64,000 nt of DNA, from positions 2,496,001-2,560,000 of the forward strand of contig CAVTTN010000002.1 of NCBI GenBank assembly GCA_963737655.1, written 5' to 3'. Shown here in pieces: positions 20,845 to 30,209 of the stretch (the stretch's first letter is position 1; every line of letters begins with the position of its first letter). This stretch comes from an uncultured Planctomycetota bacterium (GTDB lineage Bacteria > Planctomycetota > Planctomycetia > Isosphaerales > Isosphaeraceae). Under the pieces are notes generated by a model that worked only from the letters and a program-made list of their open reading frames with translations, was not told the DNA's origin and did not search any database. The translations under genes and the position numbers were made by a program.

Positions 20845-22452
20845 GTGAGCGACCCGCCCCGGAACCGGCCGACGCGAGGGGTGGCCCTTTTGCTCATGGC
20901 CGAGGCCCTCGCGCTGGACCTTTATCGATGGGCCGAGGCGGTCCGGTTCGACTGGTTCGCCTTCTTCGACCCCGGGGCCGACCTCGCCGAACATGCCCTG
21001 ATGGCCCGGGGGCTCCGGCCGACGATCGATTTCGGCTACCTCTATGGCCTGTTGCCCCTGGCCGTGGGGGAGCTCGCCTATGGGCTGGCGGGGCTGAGGC
21101 CGGTCGTGTTCGTGGCCCTGTGCGTGAGTTTCGGGATGGTCACGGCCTGGGGGATCGGCCGGGCGCTGGAGGCGCTTCGGGTCGGCCCGGTCGGCGTGGC
21201 GTGGGTCGTGGCGATGATGCCCCTGGACCTGGTCCAGCCGGCCTATCCCTCGCTGGCCCATGCGATCGAGCCGGCCCTGCTCGCCCAGGCCCTGGCCGAC
21301 CTGGCCGGGGGACGGCGGAGGCGGGCCCTGGCCCTGGCGACGGCCTGCGTCTTCGTGAAGCCGTCGATGGGCTACGTCTGCGGGGCCGTGGTCCTGGGCG
21401 CGATCGCCTTCCGCGACCGGCCCGGGACGTGGCGAGACTGGCTGGCGAGGATGGCCCCGGCGGCGGCGGTCGGCTCGGTGCTTTCGCTCGCCCTGGCGGG
21501 GATGTTCGGGGTCGAACCCCTGCTCCGAACCGTCCTGCCGATGGCGGGGCGGGCGGTGTATCGGGCCAACCGATTTGGGTTCTTCTTCGGGACTGGCCGG
21601 GCGTTCTGGCTGTCGCGACGGCCGAGATGGGGCGACTATTTCGGGACGCTCGTCGGGGTCTGGCTCTCGGCGACCCTGGTCCTGATCGCGGCGGCCGTGG
21701 CCTCGATGTCCAGGAAGCGTCGCGAGGCCGCCGAGCGTCGAGGGGCGGCGCCCGCCGGGGTCGATGTCCTGGCGGCCTGCGCGGTGATGCACGGCGCGTT
21801 CGTGCTGTTCTTCTTCGGCAATCGGTGGTCGTGGTTCTATTACGGCTTCGTGCTGGTCCTGGGCGTGGCGACGGTGGAGGGGCGAAGCCGGGCGGGCCGG
21901 GCGATCGTGGCGGGGCTGACCCTCCTGGCCCTCCCGGCGGCCGTCTCGGCGCTGAAGGGGCCGTGGGAGGCCTGGTCCGGGCGGTCGGCCCCGGCGGAGA
22001 CCTTCGGCCTCTGGGCGTCGCCCGAGGTCGTCGAGGAATGGCGGACGGTCCGCCGGCTGACCCGGGGCTCTCGGCCGGTCCTCCTGGCCACGACCGACGG
22101 CCTGGCGGTGATCGACCCGGAGTTCGCCCGTCCCGAGGTGTCGTTCCTGGTCCGGGGCCACGATCGGCCCGGGGAACTGGCGAGGAAGGCCGCCCAGGTG
22201 GAGGCGGCCGAGATGGTCGTGGTCGCGAGGGCCGAGCCCGGCGGCGCGTGGTTCGACGAGTGGCCGGAGTTCTCCCGGGCCCTGAGAGGCCACCGGCTGG
22301 CCTGGTCGTGCGACCGGCTCCGGCTTTACCAGCGGTCCGGCGCCCGTCGAGGAAGTCGAGGTGATCGGGTCGGAGCCCACCCTCCCTCGGCCCGTCGGGG
22401 CCCGGAGGTTGGCGGCCGGCGGCTTGACCACCCCGGTCCCGGGCCGTTATGA
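20845..22452 (+). CDS. polytopic membrane protein, possibly a GT-C-type glycosyltransferase
   Basis: More than 10 hydrophobic segments; GLRPTIDFGYLYG loop and VKP motif. Exact C-terminus uncertain. Confidence 0.6.
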   Translation: MSDPPRNRPTRGVALLLMAEALALDLYRWAEAVRFDWFAFFDPGADLAEHALMARGLRPTIDFGYLYGLLPLAVGELAYGLAGLRPVVFVALCVSFGMVTAWGIGRALEALRVGPVGVAWVVAMMPLDLVQPAYPSLAHAIEPALLAQALADLAGGRRRRALALATACVFVKPSMGYVCGAVVLGAIAFRDRPGTWRDWLARMAPAAAVGSVLSLALAGMFGVEPLLRTVLPMAGRAVYRANRFGFFFGTGRAFWLSRRPRWGDYFGTLVGVWLSATLVLIAAAVASMSRKRREAAERRGAAPAGVDVLAACAVMHGAFVLFFFGNRWSWFYYGFVLVLGVATVEGRSRAGRAIVAGLTLLALPAAVSALKGPWEAWSGRSAPAETFGLWASPEVVEEWRTVRRLTRGSRPVLLATTDGLAVIDPEFARPEVSFLVRGHDRPGELARKAAQVEAAEMVVVARAEPGGAWFDEWPEFSRALRGHRLAWSCDRLRLYQRSGARRGSRGDRVGAHPPSARRGPEVGGRRLDHPGPGPL

Positions 22453-22453
22453 T
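22424..22453 (+). promoter_or_regulatory. sigma70-like promoter
   Basis: TTGACC-18 nt-TATGAT upstream of the TPR/rluD genes. Confidence 0.45.
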
Positions 22454-22538
22454 TCCCAGACGCCTCGGCAACGCAGGGCGGGACTTCCCGATGGATCGGT
22501 CCGGCCTGTCGACGGGCCTGGATCATGCGAGTGGATCG

Positions 22539-23453
22539 ATGAAACACGAGCCCGCCCCCCGGACCCATGGCGACGACGAAGCCCCTCCGGTGGTGATCCA
22601 CCACGAGGAGGAGCCCACCCTCCTCGCCCGATGGCTGTTCAAGGCCATGGACAAGGGTTCGGCGTTCTGGACGATGGTCGTGGGGACCGTGGCGGTCGTC
22701 GCGGTCGTCGGCTACCTCGTGGCCGGCCTGGTCTCGGGCGAGAGCGAGACTTCCAAGGCCTGGGGCGAGCTCATGCTCGCCAACTCGCCGGAGGACTTCC
22801 GGCGCGTCGCCTCGACCTACGAGACCTCCGAGGCCGCCGGCTGGGCGCTGCTGTCGGCCGCCTCCGAGAGCTATCAGGAAGCCCTGACCCGCCTGCCGGC
22901 CGACCGAGAGGCCGCCGCCCCCCTGCTCAGCCAGGCCCTGGACACCTACCGGGAGGCCGGCGAGAAGGCCCACGACGACCCCGTCCTCAAGCGCCTGGCC
23001 GAGCTGGGCATCGCCCGGACCTACGAGGCCCGCAACGAGCTGGCCGACGCCATCGCCCAGTATGAGAAGGTCGCCAAGGACTGGCCCGGCACCGACGACG
23101 CCAAGGCCGCCACCGAGCGGGCCAAGCTCCTCCGCGATCCCGAGACCGTCGCCTTCTACGAGAAGTTCGCCGCCTACAAGCCGCCGACCACCCCGACCTT
23201 GCCCCCTCGCGGGACCTCGCGGTTCGACCTCCCGCTGGGCCACCCGGCGCTGGACAGCCTGAAGCTCGGCCCGATCCCGACCAAGGCCGAGGAGATCAAG
23301 CCGGGCGAGCTGCCGAAGGACGTCTTCCAGGCCCCGACCCCGAAGCCCGGGAGCGAGGCCGTTCCGCCCGGACCCCCTCTCCGCGACCCGGACATCCCCG
23401 ACGTCTTCCCCAGGGAGACGAAGGACGAGCCGGCCAAGGCCCCCAAGCCGTGA
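22539..23453 (+). CDS. membrane-anchored TPR-like protein (YfgM-like)
   Basis: One TM, helical repeats (LGIARTYEA..AIAQYEKV), Pro-rich tail. Confidence 0.72.
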   Translation: MKHEPAPRTHGDDEAPPVVIHHEEEPTLLARWLFKAMDKGSAFWTMVVGTVAVVAVVGYLVAGLVSGESETSKAWGELMLANSPEDFRRVASTYETSEAAGWALLSAASESYQEALTRLPADREAAAPLLSQALDTYREAGEKAHDDPVLKRLAELGIARTYEARNELADAIAQYEKVAKDWPGTDDAKAATERAKLLRDPETVAFYEKFAAYKPPTTPTLPPRGTSRFDLPLGHPALDSLKLGPIPTKAEEIKPGELPKDVFQAPTPKPGSEAVPPGPPLRDPDIPDVFPRETKDEPAKAPKP

Positions 23454-24481
23454 CCTGGAGCGAGCTCCTCGCGCTCGACCCGGCCTCGCCGATGCCCCCC
23501 GAACTCTCCAGCACCCCGGTCGAGTTCCGCGTCAAGGGCCGGATGGTCGGCAAGCGGATCGACGCGTACCTCGCCGGCCGCTACCCCGACTATTCGCGGA
23601 GCGTCGTCCAGAAGGTCATCGACGCCGGCGCCGTCCGCATCAACGGGGGCCCGATCAAGGCGTCCTACCGAGTCCGCGCCGACGACCTCGTGACGGTCTG
23701 GCTCCCGGAGCTCGCCGACGACGCGCCGGTCCCCGAGGACATCCCGATCCCCGTGATCTTCGAGGACGATTCGTTCGTCGTCGTGAACAAGCCCCCGGGG
23801 ATGGTCACCCACCCGGCCAAGGGGAACTGGTCGGGCACCCTGGTCAACGCCCTCCAGTTCCACTTCGACCGGCTCTCCACCGAGGCCGGCGAGAATCGCC
23901 CGGGGATCGTCCACCGGCTCGACCGCGACACCTCGGGCCTCCTGATCGTGGCCAAGGACGACCGGGCCCACAAGGGGCTCGCCGCCCAGTTCGAGGGGCG
24001 GACGATCCGCAAGGAGTACCTGGCGATGGTCCGGGGCGAGCCGTCGCGAGACAGCGATTACGTCGAAAAACCGATCGGCTTCCACCCCACCGACCGCGAG
24101 AAGATGGCCATCCGCCTGCCCGAGGACGGGGGCAAGCCCGCGAGCACCTATTACGAAGTGCTCGAACGCAAGCGCGGCCACGCGCTGGTGAGATGTCTGC
24201 CGAAGACCGGGCGGACCCACCAGATCCGCATCCACCTGACCCACGCCGGCCACCCGATCCTCGCCGACAAGATGTACTCGGGCCGATCGCGCTGGACCGT
24301 CGGAGACGTCCTCGGCCACGACGCCCCGGACGCCGACCGGGCCCTCCTGGAGCGCCAGGCGTTGCACGCCCACCGGCTCGACTTCGACCACCCCTTGACC
24401 GGCCGGAGGCTGGAGCTCGTCGCCCCGTTGCCCGAGGACATGGCCGCCGCCCTGGAATTCCTCCGCTCGGCCCCTCGCTAG
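23450..24481 (+). CDS. rluD: RluA/RluD family pseudouridine synthase
   Basis: S4 domain (RIDAYLA..SRS), VNKPPG, HRLDRDTSG, TGRTHQIR, ALHA. Confidence 0.92.
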   Translation: MTWSELLALDPASPMPPELSSTPVEFRVKGRMVGKRIDAYLAGRYPDYSRSVVQKVIDAGAVRINGGPIKASYRVRADDLVTVWLPELADDAPVPEDIPIPVIFEDDSFVVVNKPPGMVTHPAKGNWSGTLVNALQFHFDRLSTEAGENRPGIVHRLDRDTSGLLIVAKDDRAHKGLAAQFEGRTIRKEYLAMVRGEPSRDSDYVEKPIGFHPTDREKMAIRLPEDGGKPASTYYEVLERKRGHALVRCLPKTGRTHQIRIHLTHAGHPILADKMYSGRSRWTVGDVLGHDAPDADRALLERQALHAHRLDFDHPLTGRRLELVAPLPEDMAAALEFLRSAPR

Positions 24482-24542
24482 GATCAACTCTCCCGAGGCC
24501 GGCGCCGCCCGGCCCCTCGTTCCCGAAGAAGGGACGCGCCTG

Positions 24543-25544
24543 ATGGATGGACCCTCGCTCTCGGTCGTTGTCCCCTGCTTCAACGAGGAGGAGGTCCTGG
24601 CCGAGCTCCACCGCCGGCTCTCCGCGGCCTGCCGGGACCTCGGCGCCTCCTACGAGATCGTCCTGGTCAACGACGGCTCGAAGGACCGGACCTGGCCTCT
24701 GATGGCCGAGCTCGCGGCGACCGATCCCCACGTCGTCGCCGTGAACCTGTCGAGGAATCACGGCCACCAGCTCGCCCTGACGGCCGGGCTGACGGTCTGC
24801 CGAGGGGCCCGCGTCCTGATCATCGACGCCGACTTGCAGGACCCTCCCGAGCTCCTCCCCAGCATGATGGCCGCGATGGACGCCGGGGCCGACGTCGTGT
24901 ACGGCCGCCGCCGCCAGCGCGAGGGCGAGACCGCCACGAAGAAGCTCACCGCCGCCCTGTTCTACCGCCTGATCGCCCGGCTGACCGACGTGCCGATCCC
25001 CGAGGACACCGGCGATTTCCGCCTGATGAGCCGCCGGGCCCTGAACGTCTTGCTCGCCATGCCCGAACGGCATCGCTTCATCCGGGGGATGGTCTCCTGG
25101 ATCGGCTTCCGCCAGGAGCCGATCGTCTACGACCGCCACGCCCGGTTCGCCGGGGTCACCAAGTACCCGCTGAGCAAGATGATCCGGTTCGCCCTGGACG
25201 CGATCACGGCGTTCTCGGTCAAGCCGCTCGCGCTGGCCAGCTACGTCGGGCTGCTCTCGGGCCTGTTCGCCCTGGGGCTGCTGATCTACTCGCTCGGCTC
25301 CTGGATCGGCCTGTTCGGCCCGTCGGCCGTGAGGGGCTGGACGAGCCTGATGTCGGTCATGGCGCTGCTGGGGAGCGTCCAGCTCCTCGTCCTGGGGATC
25401 ATCGGCGAATACCTCGGCCGGATGTATGAACAGGTCAAGGGCCGCCCCCTGTTCATCATCGAGAGCGTGGTCACCAGCCGAAACGCCGCGACCGAGCCAT
25501 CGACGGAGGAACCGGCGGCCGTCGTCGACGGCTCGGCGCCTTGA
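24543..25544 (+). CDS. GT2 glycosyltransferase (polyprenol-phosphate sugar synthase type)
   Basis: VVPCFNEE, VNDGSKD, SRNHGHQ, DADLQDPP, TGDFRLM, two C-terminal TMs. Confidence 0.93.
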   Translation: MDGPSLSVVVPCFNEEEVLAELHRRLSAACRDLGASYEIVLVNDGSKDRTWPLMAELAATDPHVVAVNLSRNHGHQLALTAGLTVCRGARVLIIDADLQDPPELLPSMMAAMDAGADVVYGRRRQREGETATKKLTAALFYRLIARLTDVPIPEDTGDFRLMSRRALNVLLAMPERHRFIRGMVSWIGFRQEPIVYDRHARFAGVTKYPLSKMIRFALDAITAFSVKPLALASYVGLLSGLFALGLLIYSLGSWIGLFGPSAVRGWTSLMSVMALLGSVQLLVLGIIGEYLGRMYEQVKGRPLFIIESVVTSRNAATEPSTEEPAAVVDGSAP

Positions 25545-25563
25545 GCCGAAGAGATTCGTATTC

Positions 25564-25623
25564 GTAGGGCAGGCCTCGGCCTGCCGGGGTGGGGCTGACT
25601 CGGCAGGCCGAGGCCTGCCCTAC
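25564..25623. repeat. family C GTAG REP inverted doublet
   Basis: GTAGGGCAGGCCTCGGCCTGCC..GGCAGGCCGAGGCCTGCCCTAC; second copy at 37080. Confidence 0.9.
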
Positions 25624-26009
25624 CGAGCGTGACCCGATGCTCCGGTCTCCGGCGGTCCGCCCGGGTCGGGGGCGCGACGGCCCTTCGTCCTCCCTGGGCC
25701 GTGAAGGATCGTCCCGACGAGGAGCGCCAGGACGGTCAACCCGACGCTCAACCCCACCGGGACCCAGCGCTTGCGGAAATCGTCGGCCGAGGGCGGCCGG
25801 ACCCGGACCGGCGAGGTCGTTCGTCCCAGGGGCTTCGCCCAGACGCTCCCGTCCGAATAGAAGAGGAATTCCTGGCCGTCCTTCCCCATCGACCCGATCC
25901 ACTGCGGCCGGGCCATCACGGCGGGCCAGAGCGTCCCGAGGTTCACGGCGGTCAGCACCGCCGCCATGAGCCAGGGACCGGCCGAGAACCGGGGGCGGGG
26001 CCATCTCAC
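25620..26009 (-). CDS. small two-TM hypothetical protein
   Basis: GTG start with GGAGGAG RBS just after the panB stop; two hydrophobic segments; TAG stop lies inside the REP. Confidence 0.62.
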   Translation of the reverse strand: MRWPRPRFSAGPWLMAAVLTAVNLGTLWPAVMARPQWIGSMGKDGQEFLFYSDGSVWAKPLGRTTSPVRVRPPSADDFRKRWVPVGLSVGLTVLALLVGTILHGPGRTKGRRAPDPGGPPETGASGHAR

Positions 26010-26029
26010 CGCGGTCTCCTCCCCTCGGC

Positions 26030-26830
26030 TCAGCGGAAGCTCTCGGCCTCTCCCGGGAACCGCCCGGCCTGGACGTCGGCGGCGTACTCCGAGGCGGCCT
26101 TGCGGATCTCCGAGGCGAGGTCGGCGTACTTGCGGACGAACCTCGGGCGGAATTCCTCGAACAGGCCGAGCAGATCGGGCGTGACGAGCACCTGGCCGTC
26201 GCATCCCGGCCCGGCGCCGATGCCGATCGTGGGGATGGCGAGCTCCTTGGTGACCCTCTGGGCCACGTCCGCCGGCATCGCCTCCAGGACGATCGAGAAG
26301 GCGCCGGCCTCGGCCACGGCCAGGGCGTCGGCGAGGATCGCGTCGCCGTCCCTCTGGATCTTGAAGCCGCCCAGGGCCTTGACCGACTGCGGCTTCAGGC
26401 CGACGTGCCCCATCACGGGGATTCCCGCCTCGACCATGGCCCGGATCGTCGCGGCCATCGTCCGCCCGCCTTCCAACTTCACGGCGCCGCACCGCGTCTC
26501 CTTCATCATCCGGCCCGCCGACCGGATCGCGTCCTCGATCGACACCTGATACGACAGGAACGGCAGATCGCCGATCACGAACGCCCGCCGGGCCGCTCGG
26601 GCGACCATCTCGGCGTGATAGATCATCTGATCGAGCGTGACGGGCAAGGTCGTCTCGTGCCCCTGGACGACCATGCCGAGGGTGTCGCCGACGAGGAGGG
26701 CGTCGATCCCGGAGTCGTCCAGGAGGCGGGCGGTCGGGAAGTCGTAGGCGGTGAGGACGCCGATCTTCCGGCCCTCGGACTTCCATCGGGCGAAGTCGGG
26801 CAGGGTCACCGGCGGGGGGCGTTTCGCCAT
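26030..26830 (-). CDS. panB: 3-methyl-2-oxobutanoate hydroxymethyltransferase
   Basis: LTAYD, LVGDTLG, GDLPF, VKLEGG, GHVGLKPQ, TIGIGAG, DGQVLV. Confidence 0.97.
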   Translation of the reverse strand: MAKRPPPVTLPDFARWKSEGRKIGVLTAYDFPTARLLDDSGIDALLVGDTLGMVVQGHETTLPVTLDQMIYHAEMVARAARRAFVIGDLPFLSYQVSIEDAIRSAGRMMKETRCGAVKLEGGRTMAATIRAMVEAGIPVMGHVGLKPQSVKALGGFKIQRDGDAILADALAVAEAGAFSIVLEAMPADVAQRVTKELAIPTIGIGAGPGCDGQVLVTPDLLGLFEEFRPRFVRKYADLASEIRKAASEYAADVQAGRFPGEAESFR

Positions 26831-28488
26831 GAGGTCGCTCGTCGGGCGGCGGTCGGCTCGTCCAGATCGGCGAGGATCACGCCCTCGCGGTCGATCTTCA
26901 CGTTGTATCGCCCCCGGATCGCCTCGTGCAAGAGACGCCGACGCGGGTCGTCGCCCATCGGCCAGAGATCGGCGAACGTCCGGGCGCCGCGATCGCGGTA
27001 ATACTCGACCAGGGCGAGGGGATCGGCCGCGTCGATCGTCCCGCCCCACTCGCCCGCCGCGCGGGCCTCGGAACGCTCGCCAACCTCCAGCCGGCATCCG
27101 CGACGATCGGCCAGGAACAGCAGGGCCTCGGGGGCGACGACGAGGTCGTCCGGGCCGGTCAACCGGTCGAGGAAGGCCGCGGCCCTCGGGCCGGCGGACC
27201 ATTGGGGGGGCGTCTGACCTCGAAGCGAGTCGCGAGACTGGACGAGGGCCAGCGCGACGAGCGCGACGAGCGGGAGGGCCTTCGTCAAGGAGCGAGGCGA
27301 GGCTCCTGGAACCCTCGCCACCGAAGCGGGGTTCGTGTTTGGCGTGGTCGAATCGAGGTTCTGGTAGGGTCCGCTATTGCGGACCTCTTCGCGACGAAGG
27401 AAATGGAAGAGGTCCGCAATAGCGGACCCTACAAAGACCGCCCTCGACCACGCGAAACGGGTACGAGCGTGGGAAAGTGGGGCGGCACGACCGATTGCCC
27501 AACCCGAGGCCACCCCCGCCGCGATCGGAGGAGCCAGCATCAACCAGTAATACTCGTGATGGATCTTCCCCGGCATCAGCAAGAACGCCCCGGCCCCCGA
27601 GATCAGCCACCATCGCCAGAGCCGATCGCCCCTCGACCGCCCGAACAGGTTGCCGACCGCCAGGATCAGGCCCAGGGGCGTGAAGGCCCGCCAGAACGCG
27701 ATTTTCGCGACCGTCGCCAGGGTTCCCGGCCTCAGCCACGCCATCGGCGAGACGGCCGAGGCCCAGAGGCCCGCGTTGTCGGCCGAGGCCCGCGAGCCTT
27801 TCCCCGAACGAAGCTCGATCGCGGCGAATCCGTACCAGAGCAGCGCCGGAATCAACGTCGCAAGGACGATCGCAAGCTTCCCCGGCCGTTTCGATCGCAC
27901 GATCGCCGCGAGGAGAGGCACGAGCACGAAGGCCGCCACCACCTTCACCGCCAGCCCCAGGGCCAGGAGCGACCAGGCCAGCGCGAGCCGCCATCGTCCG
28001 CCTTCGGCCTCGTGATCGTCCCACACTCGCAATCCCGCCACCACGAGGCCCATCATCAGCGGGTCGGGCTGGCAGGATCGGCCGTATTTCAGGGTCACCG
28101 GCAGCAGGGCGAACACGGCGACGGCGACGATCGCGAACCCCGGAGATCCTCGACGACGCGCCAGGCCGAACAGTCCCCAGGCGGCCAGGGCGATCGAAGC
28201 CGCCGAGAGCAGCCGCCCGCATCGGCCGATCGGCCAGCCGGTCCGGCTCCGAATCGACGCGATCCCCGCGGCATCGATCGGCGGCTCGACGAGGAACAGG
28301 TTCGGGAACGGCCCGGTGTCGAGCCGGGGACGGAGAAACCCCGAGCCCCGTTCGAGGTTCCGGGCCACCATCGCCGTCGGGACCTGCCGGCCGACGTAAC
28401 CGTCAACGATCGGCTGATCGGGCCACCTCGCCCCGATCGCGAAGACGCCGACGAACACCAGGGCGCCGATCCATCGCTCAGAAGGCAT
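26806..28488 (-). CDS. ArnT/PMT-like (GT-C) membrane glycosyltransferase containing an in-frame MITE
   Basis: RQVPTAMVARN, EPPI, GRLLS, QPDPL, VK and HHEYY motifs; many TMs. About 45 codons derive from 27331-27464. Confidence 0.78.
   Translation of the reverse strand: MPSERWIGALVFVGVFAIGARWPDQPIVDGYVGRQVPTAMVARNLERGSGFLRPRLDTGPFPNLFLVEPPIDAAGIASIRSRTGWPIGRCGRLLSAASIALAAWGLFGLARRRGSPGFAIVAVAVFALLPVTLKYGRSCQPDPLMMGLVVAGLRVWDDHEAEGGRWRLALAWSLLALGLAVKVVAAFVLVPLLAAIVRSKRPGKLAIVLATLIPALLWYGFAAIELRSGKGSRASADNAGLWASAVSPMAWLRPGTLATVAKIAFWRAFTPLGLILAVGNLFGRSRGDRLWRWWLISGAGAFLLMPGKIHHEYYWLMLAPPIAAGVASGWAIGRAAPLSHARTRFAWSRAVFVGSAIADLFHFLRREEVRNSGPYQNLDSTTPNTNPASVARVPGASPRSLTKALPLVALVALALVQSRDSLRGQTPPQWSAGPRAAAFLDRLTGPDDLVVAPEALLFLADRRGCRLEVGERSEARAAGEWGGTIDAADPLALVEYYRDRGARTFADLWPMGDDPRRRLLHEAIRGRYNVKIDREGVILADLDEPTAARRATSWRNAPRR
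27331..27464. mobile_element. 134-bp MITE-like element carrying a family D REP doublet
   Basis: Ends GTTCGTGTTT..AAACGGGTAC; core GTAGGGTCCGCTATTGCGGACC..GGTCCGCAATAGCGGACCCTAC. A homologue of the same length lies in opposite orientation at 48529-48662. Confidence 0.85.
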
Positions 28489-28583
28489 CCGTCCGCGATC
28501 CTCCGGGACGCTCGATCGCGGCGGATTATCGCCCGGGGCTGCGGCTTCGGTCAACGAGCCTCTCGATTCCCACAGCAAGAAAC

Positions 28584-28705
28584 ACCGAAACGCAGATTAC
28601 GACAAGGACCGAAACGCAGATTACGCAGATGAAATCAAGAATCATTGATATGATTTTATTTATTTAATCTGCGTAATCTGCGTAATCTGCGTTTCGGTCC
28701 TTGTC
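28584..28705. repeat. 30-bp perfect inverted repeat built from 9-bp ACGCAGATT units around an AT-rich core
   Basis: 28601-28630 is the exact reverse complement of 28676-28705; extra partial copy at 28584-28600. Confidence 0.88.
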
Positions 28706-29489
28706 ATTGCGGGGCCCCGGGCGGTTGGCCTCGGAATTTGGCCCGGAAGCGGGCGTAGCGGTCGCTCATGGAGCCGGGGCCCTGGAGGATCGTGGTGAAA
28801 CGGTCGGCGGCCTGGGCGGTGACGTCGAGCTTCAGGGCGTCGAGCTCGGCGGTGAGGTGGGCTTCCCACGTCGGGATGACGGTTCGGGCCTCGGATTTCT
28901 CGACCCACGTCGGCTCGCCGAACCGGACGAACGCCTCGGGCCGCTCGTCCTGCCAGAATTCGAAGCGGAGGGCGGCGGTGACGATCCGGAGCCGCCCGGC
29001 CCTCTTCAGCAACGCCCGGAGGCCGGGCTGGAATCCCAGGGGGCGGACGTCGTTGCCCACCATCCGGCCCTGGGGGAAGATCCAGACGCCGGACCTCGGC
29101 GCCGAGAGCAGCTCCGAGGCGTAGTCCAGAGATTGCCGGACCGCCGCCGGGTCGGTCCGGTCCACCGAGAAGGCGCCGATCCGGCGGAAGAAGCCGAATC
29201 GGAGCATGTTGAAGTGCTCCATCATCCCGTAGCCATCGACGGGCACCGTCTCGTTCAGGAAATGGGCCAGGAACAGGTCCCACCAGCAGGAATGGTTGGC
29301 CAGGAACAGGACGCCCCCGGCTTCGGCGTCCAGGGCCGCCCTCAGCCGTTCGAGCCCCTGGGCCCGGACGCGGAAGAACCCGCCCCGGAGCTTGCCGACG
29401 ATCATCCGGTGGACGGCCACCCGCGGCCAGCCGTGCTTGTAGGCGGTCACGATCCGGGGGCTCGATCGGCGATCGGATTTTGATGACAT
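28704..29489 (-). CDS. lysophospholipid/glycerol acyltransferase (PlsC-like)
   Basis: NHSCWWD (HX4D), GAFSVDR, IFPQG. Confidence 0.88.
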   Translation of the reverse strand: MSSKSDRRSSPRIVTAYKHGWPRVAVHRMIVGKLRGGFFRVRAQGLERLRAALDAEAGGVLFLANHSCWWDLFLAHFLNETVPVDGYGMMEHFNMLRFGFFRRIGAFSVDRTDPAAVRQSLDYASELLSAPRSGVWIFPQGRMVGNDVRPLGFQPGLRALLKRAGRLRIVTAALRFEFWQDERPEAFVRFGEPTWVEKSEARTVIPTWEAHLTAELDALKLDVTAQAADRFTTILQGPGSMSDRYARFRAKFRGQPPGAPQ

Positions 29490-29604
29490 GACGCCTCGGG
29501 ACAAGTAGTCTGGAGGACGATCCGGGGGCTCGGGGCGCCGACCGCCATGCCGACCCATCCTACCCGGGTCGCGAATTCCCAGGGACGCCTCCCGGAGCCG
29601 GTCG

Positions 29605-30090
29605 ATGTCGGATCATTTCCCCACGTTCAAGAGGATCGGCGACGTGACGCGGATTACCAGCGACGGCCGGGCCTGGTGGCTGCCTAGGTCGGAGCGCGGG
29701 TACTTGCGGCTCCTTCTGTACATGGCCTTGTTCCATGCGCTGGCATGCCACGTCGTCTTGCTATTCGCCGAGATGTCCGGTGGCTACGTCACGTATTTTG
29801 GTCAGCCGGGAAGGTTCGTGGAACCCTCGGGGGCGGCGTTCTACGCCCGGATCGTGTTCCTCGCCTACGGGCAACCTCCCTACCCGGGCTTCGTGGCGGT
29901 CGTTTGCCTGATCGCCCTGGTGTTCTCCAGCCGGTCGGCGGCCCGGTCGGCGAGGAGATCGCCCGGATCGGACCCCGCCACGACCGGACCGGCCCATGCA
30001 ACAGCCGTCCCCGAGGCCCCGGCCCGGCACCCCCTGGACCCGGACCCCGACGACCCGCCGATCCCGTCGTGGAACAAGCGTTCCTCGTAA
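29605..30090 (+). CDS. hypothetical membrane protein
   Basis: Two to three hydrophobic segments, GGAG upstream, Pro-rich tail. Confidence 0.55.
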   Translation: MSDHFPTFKRIGDVTRITSDGRAWWLPRSERGYLRLLLYMALFHALACHVVLLFAEMSGGYVTYFGQPGRFVEPSGAAFYARIVFLAYGQPPYPGFVAVVCLIALVFSSRSAARSARRSPGSDPATTGPAHATAVPEAPARHPLDPDPDDPPIPSWNKRSS

Positions 30091-30103
30091 GTCGTCGCAA
30101 GAA

Positions 30104-30148
30104 ACGCCGACGCCCGCGACCCTGGGGAGGGTCGCGGGCGGTCGGCGT
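30104..30148 (-). terminator. intrinsic terminator between convergent genes
   Basis: ACGCCGAC-GCCCGCGACCCT/AGGGTCGCGGGC-GTCGGCGT stem followed by TTTCTT on the minus strand. Confidence 0.6.
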
Positions 30149-30209
30149 CGCGATGAGGGACGATGACGAGCGGGTCATCGACCGGGGTGGTTCAGGTTCA
30201 GGCTCAGGT

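Noticed and set aside
28584..28705. Possible mini-CRISPR or iteron origin
   Set aside because: Units are 9-bp tandem repeats in inverted arms with no spacers and no rep gene nearby.
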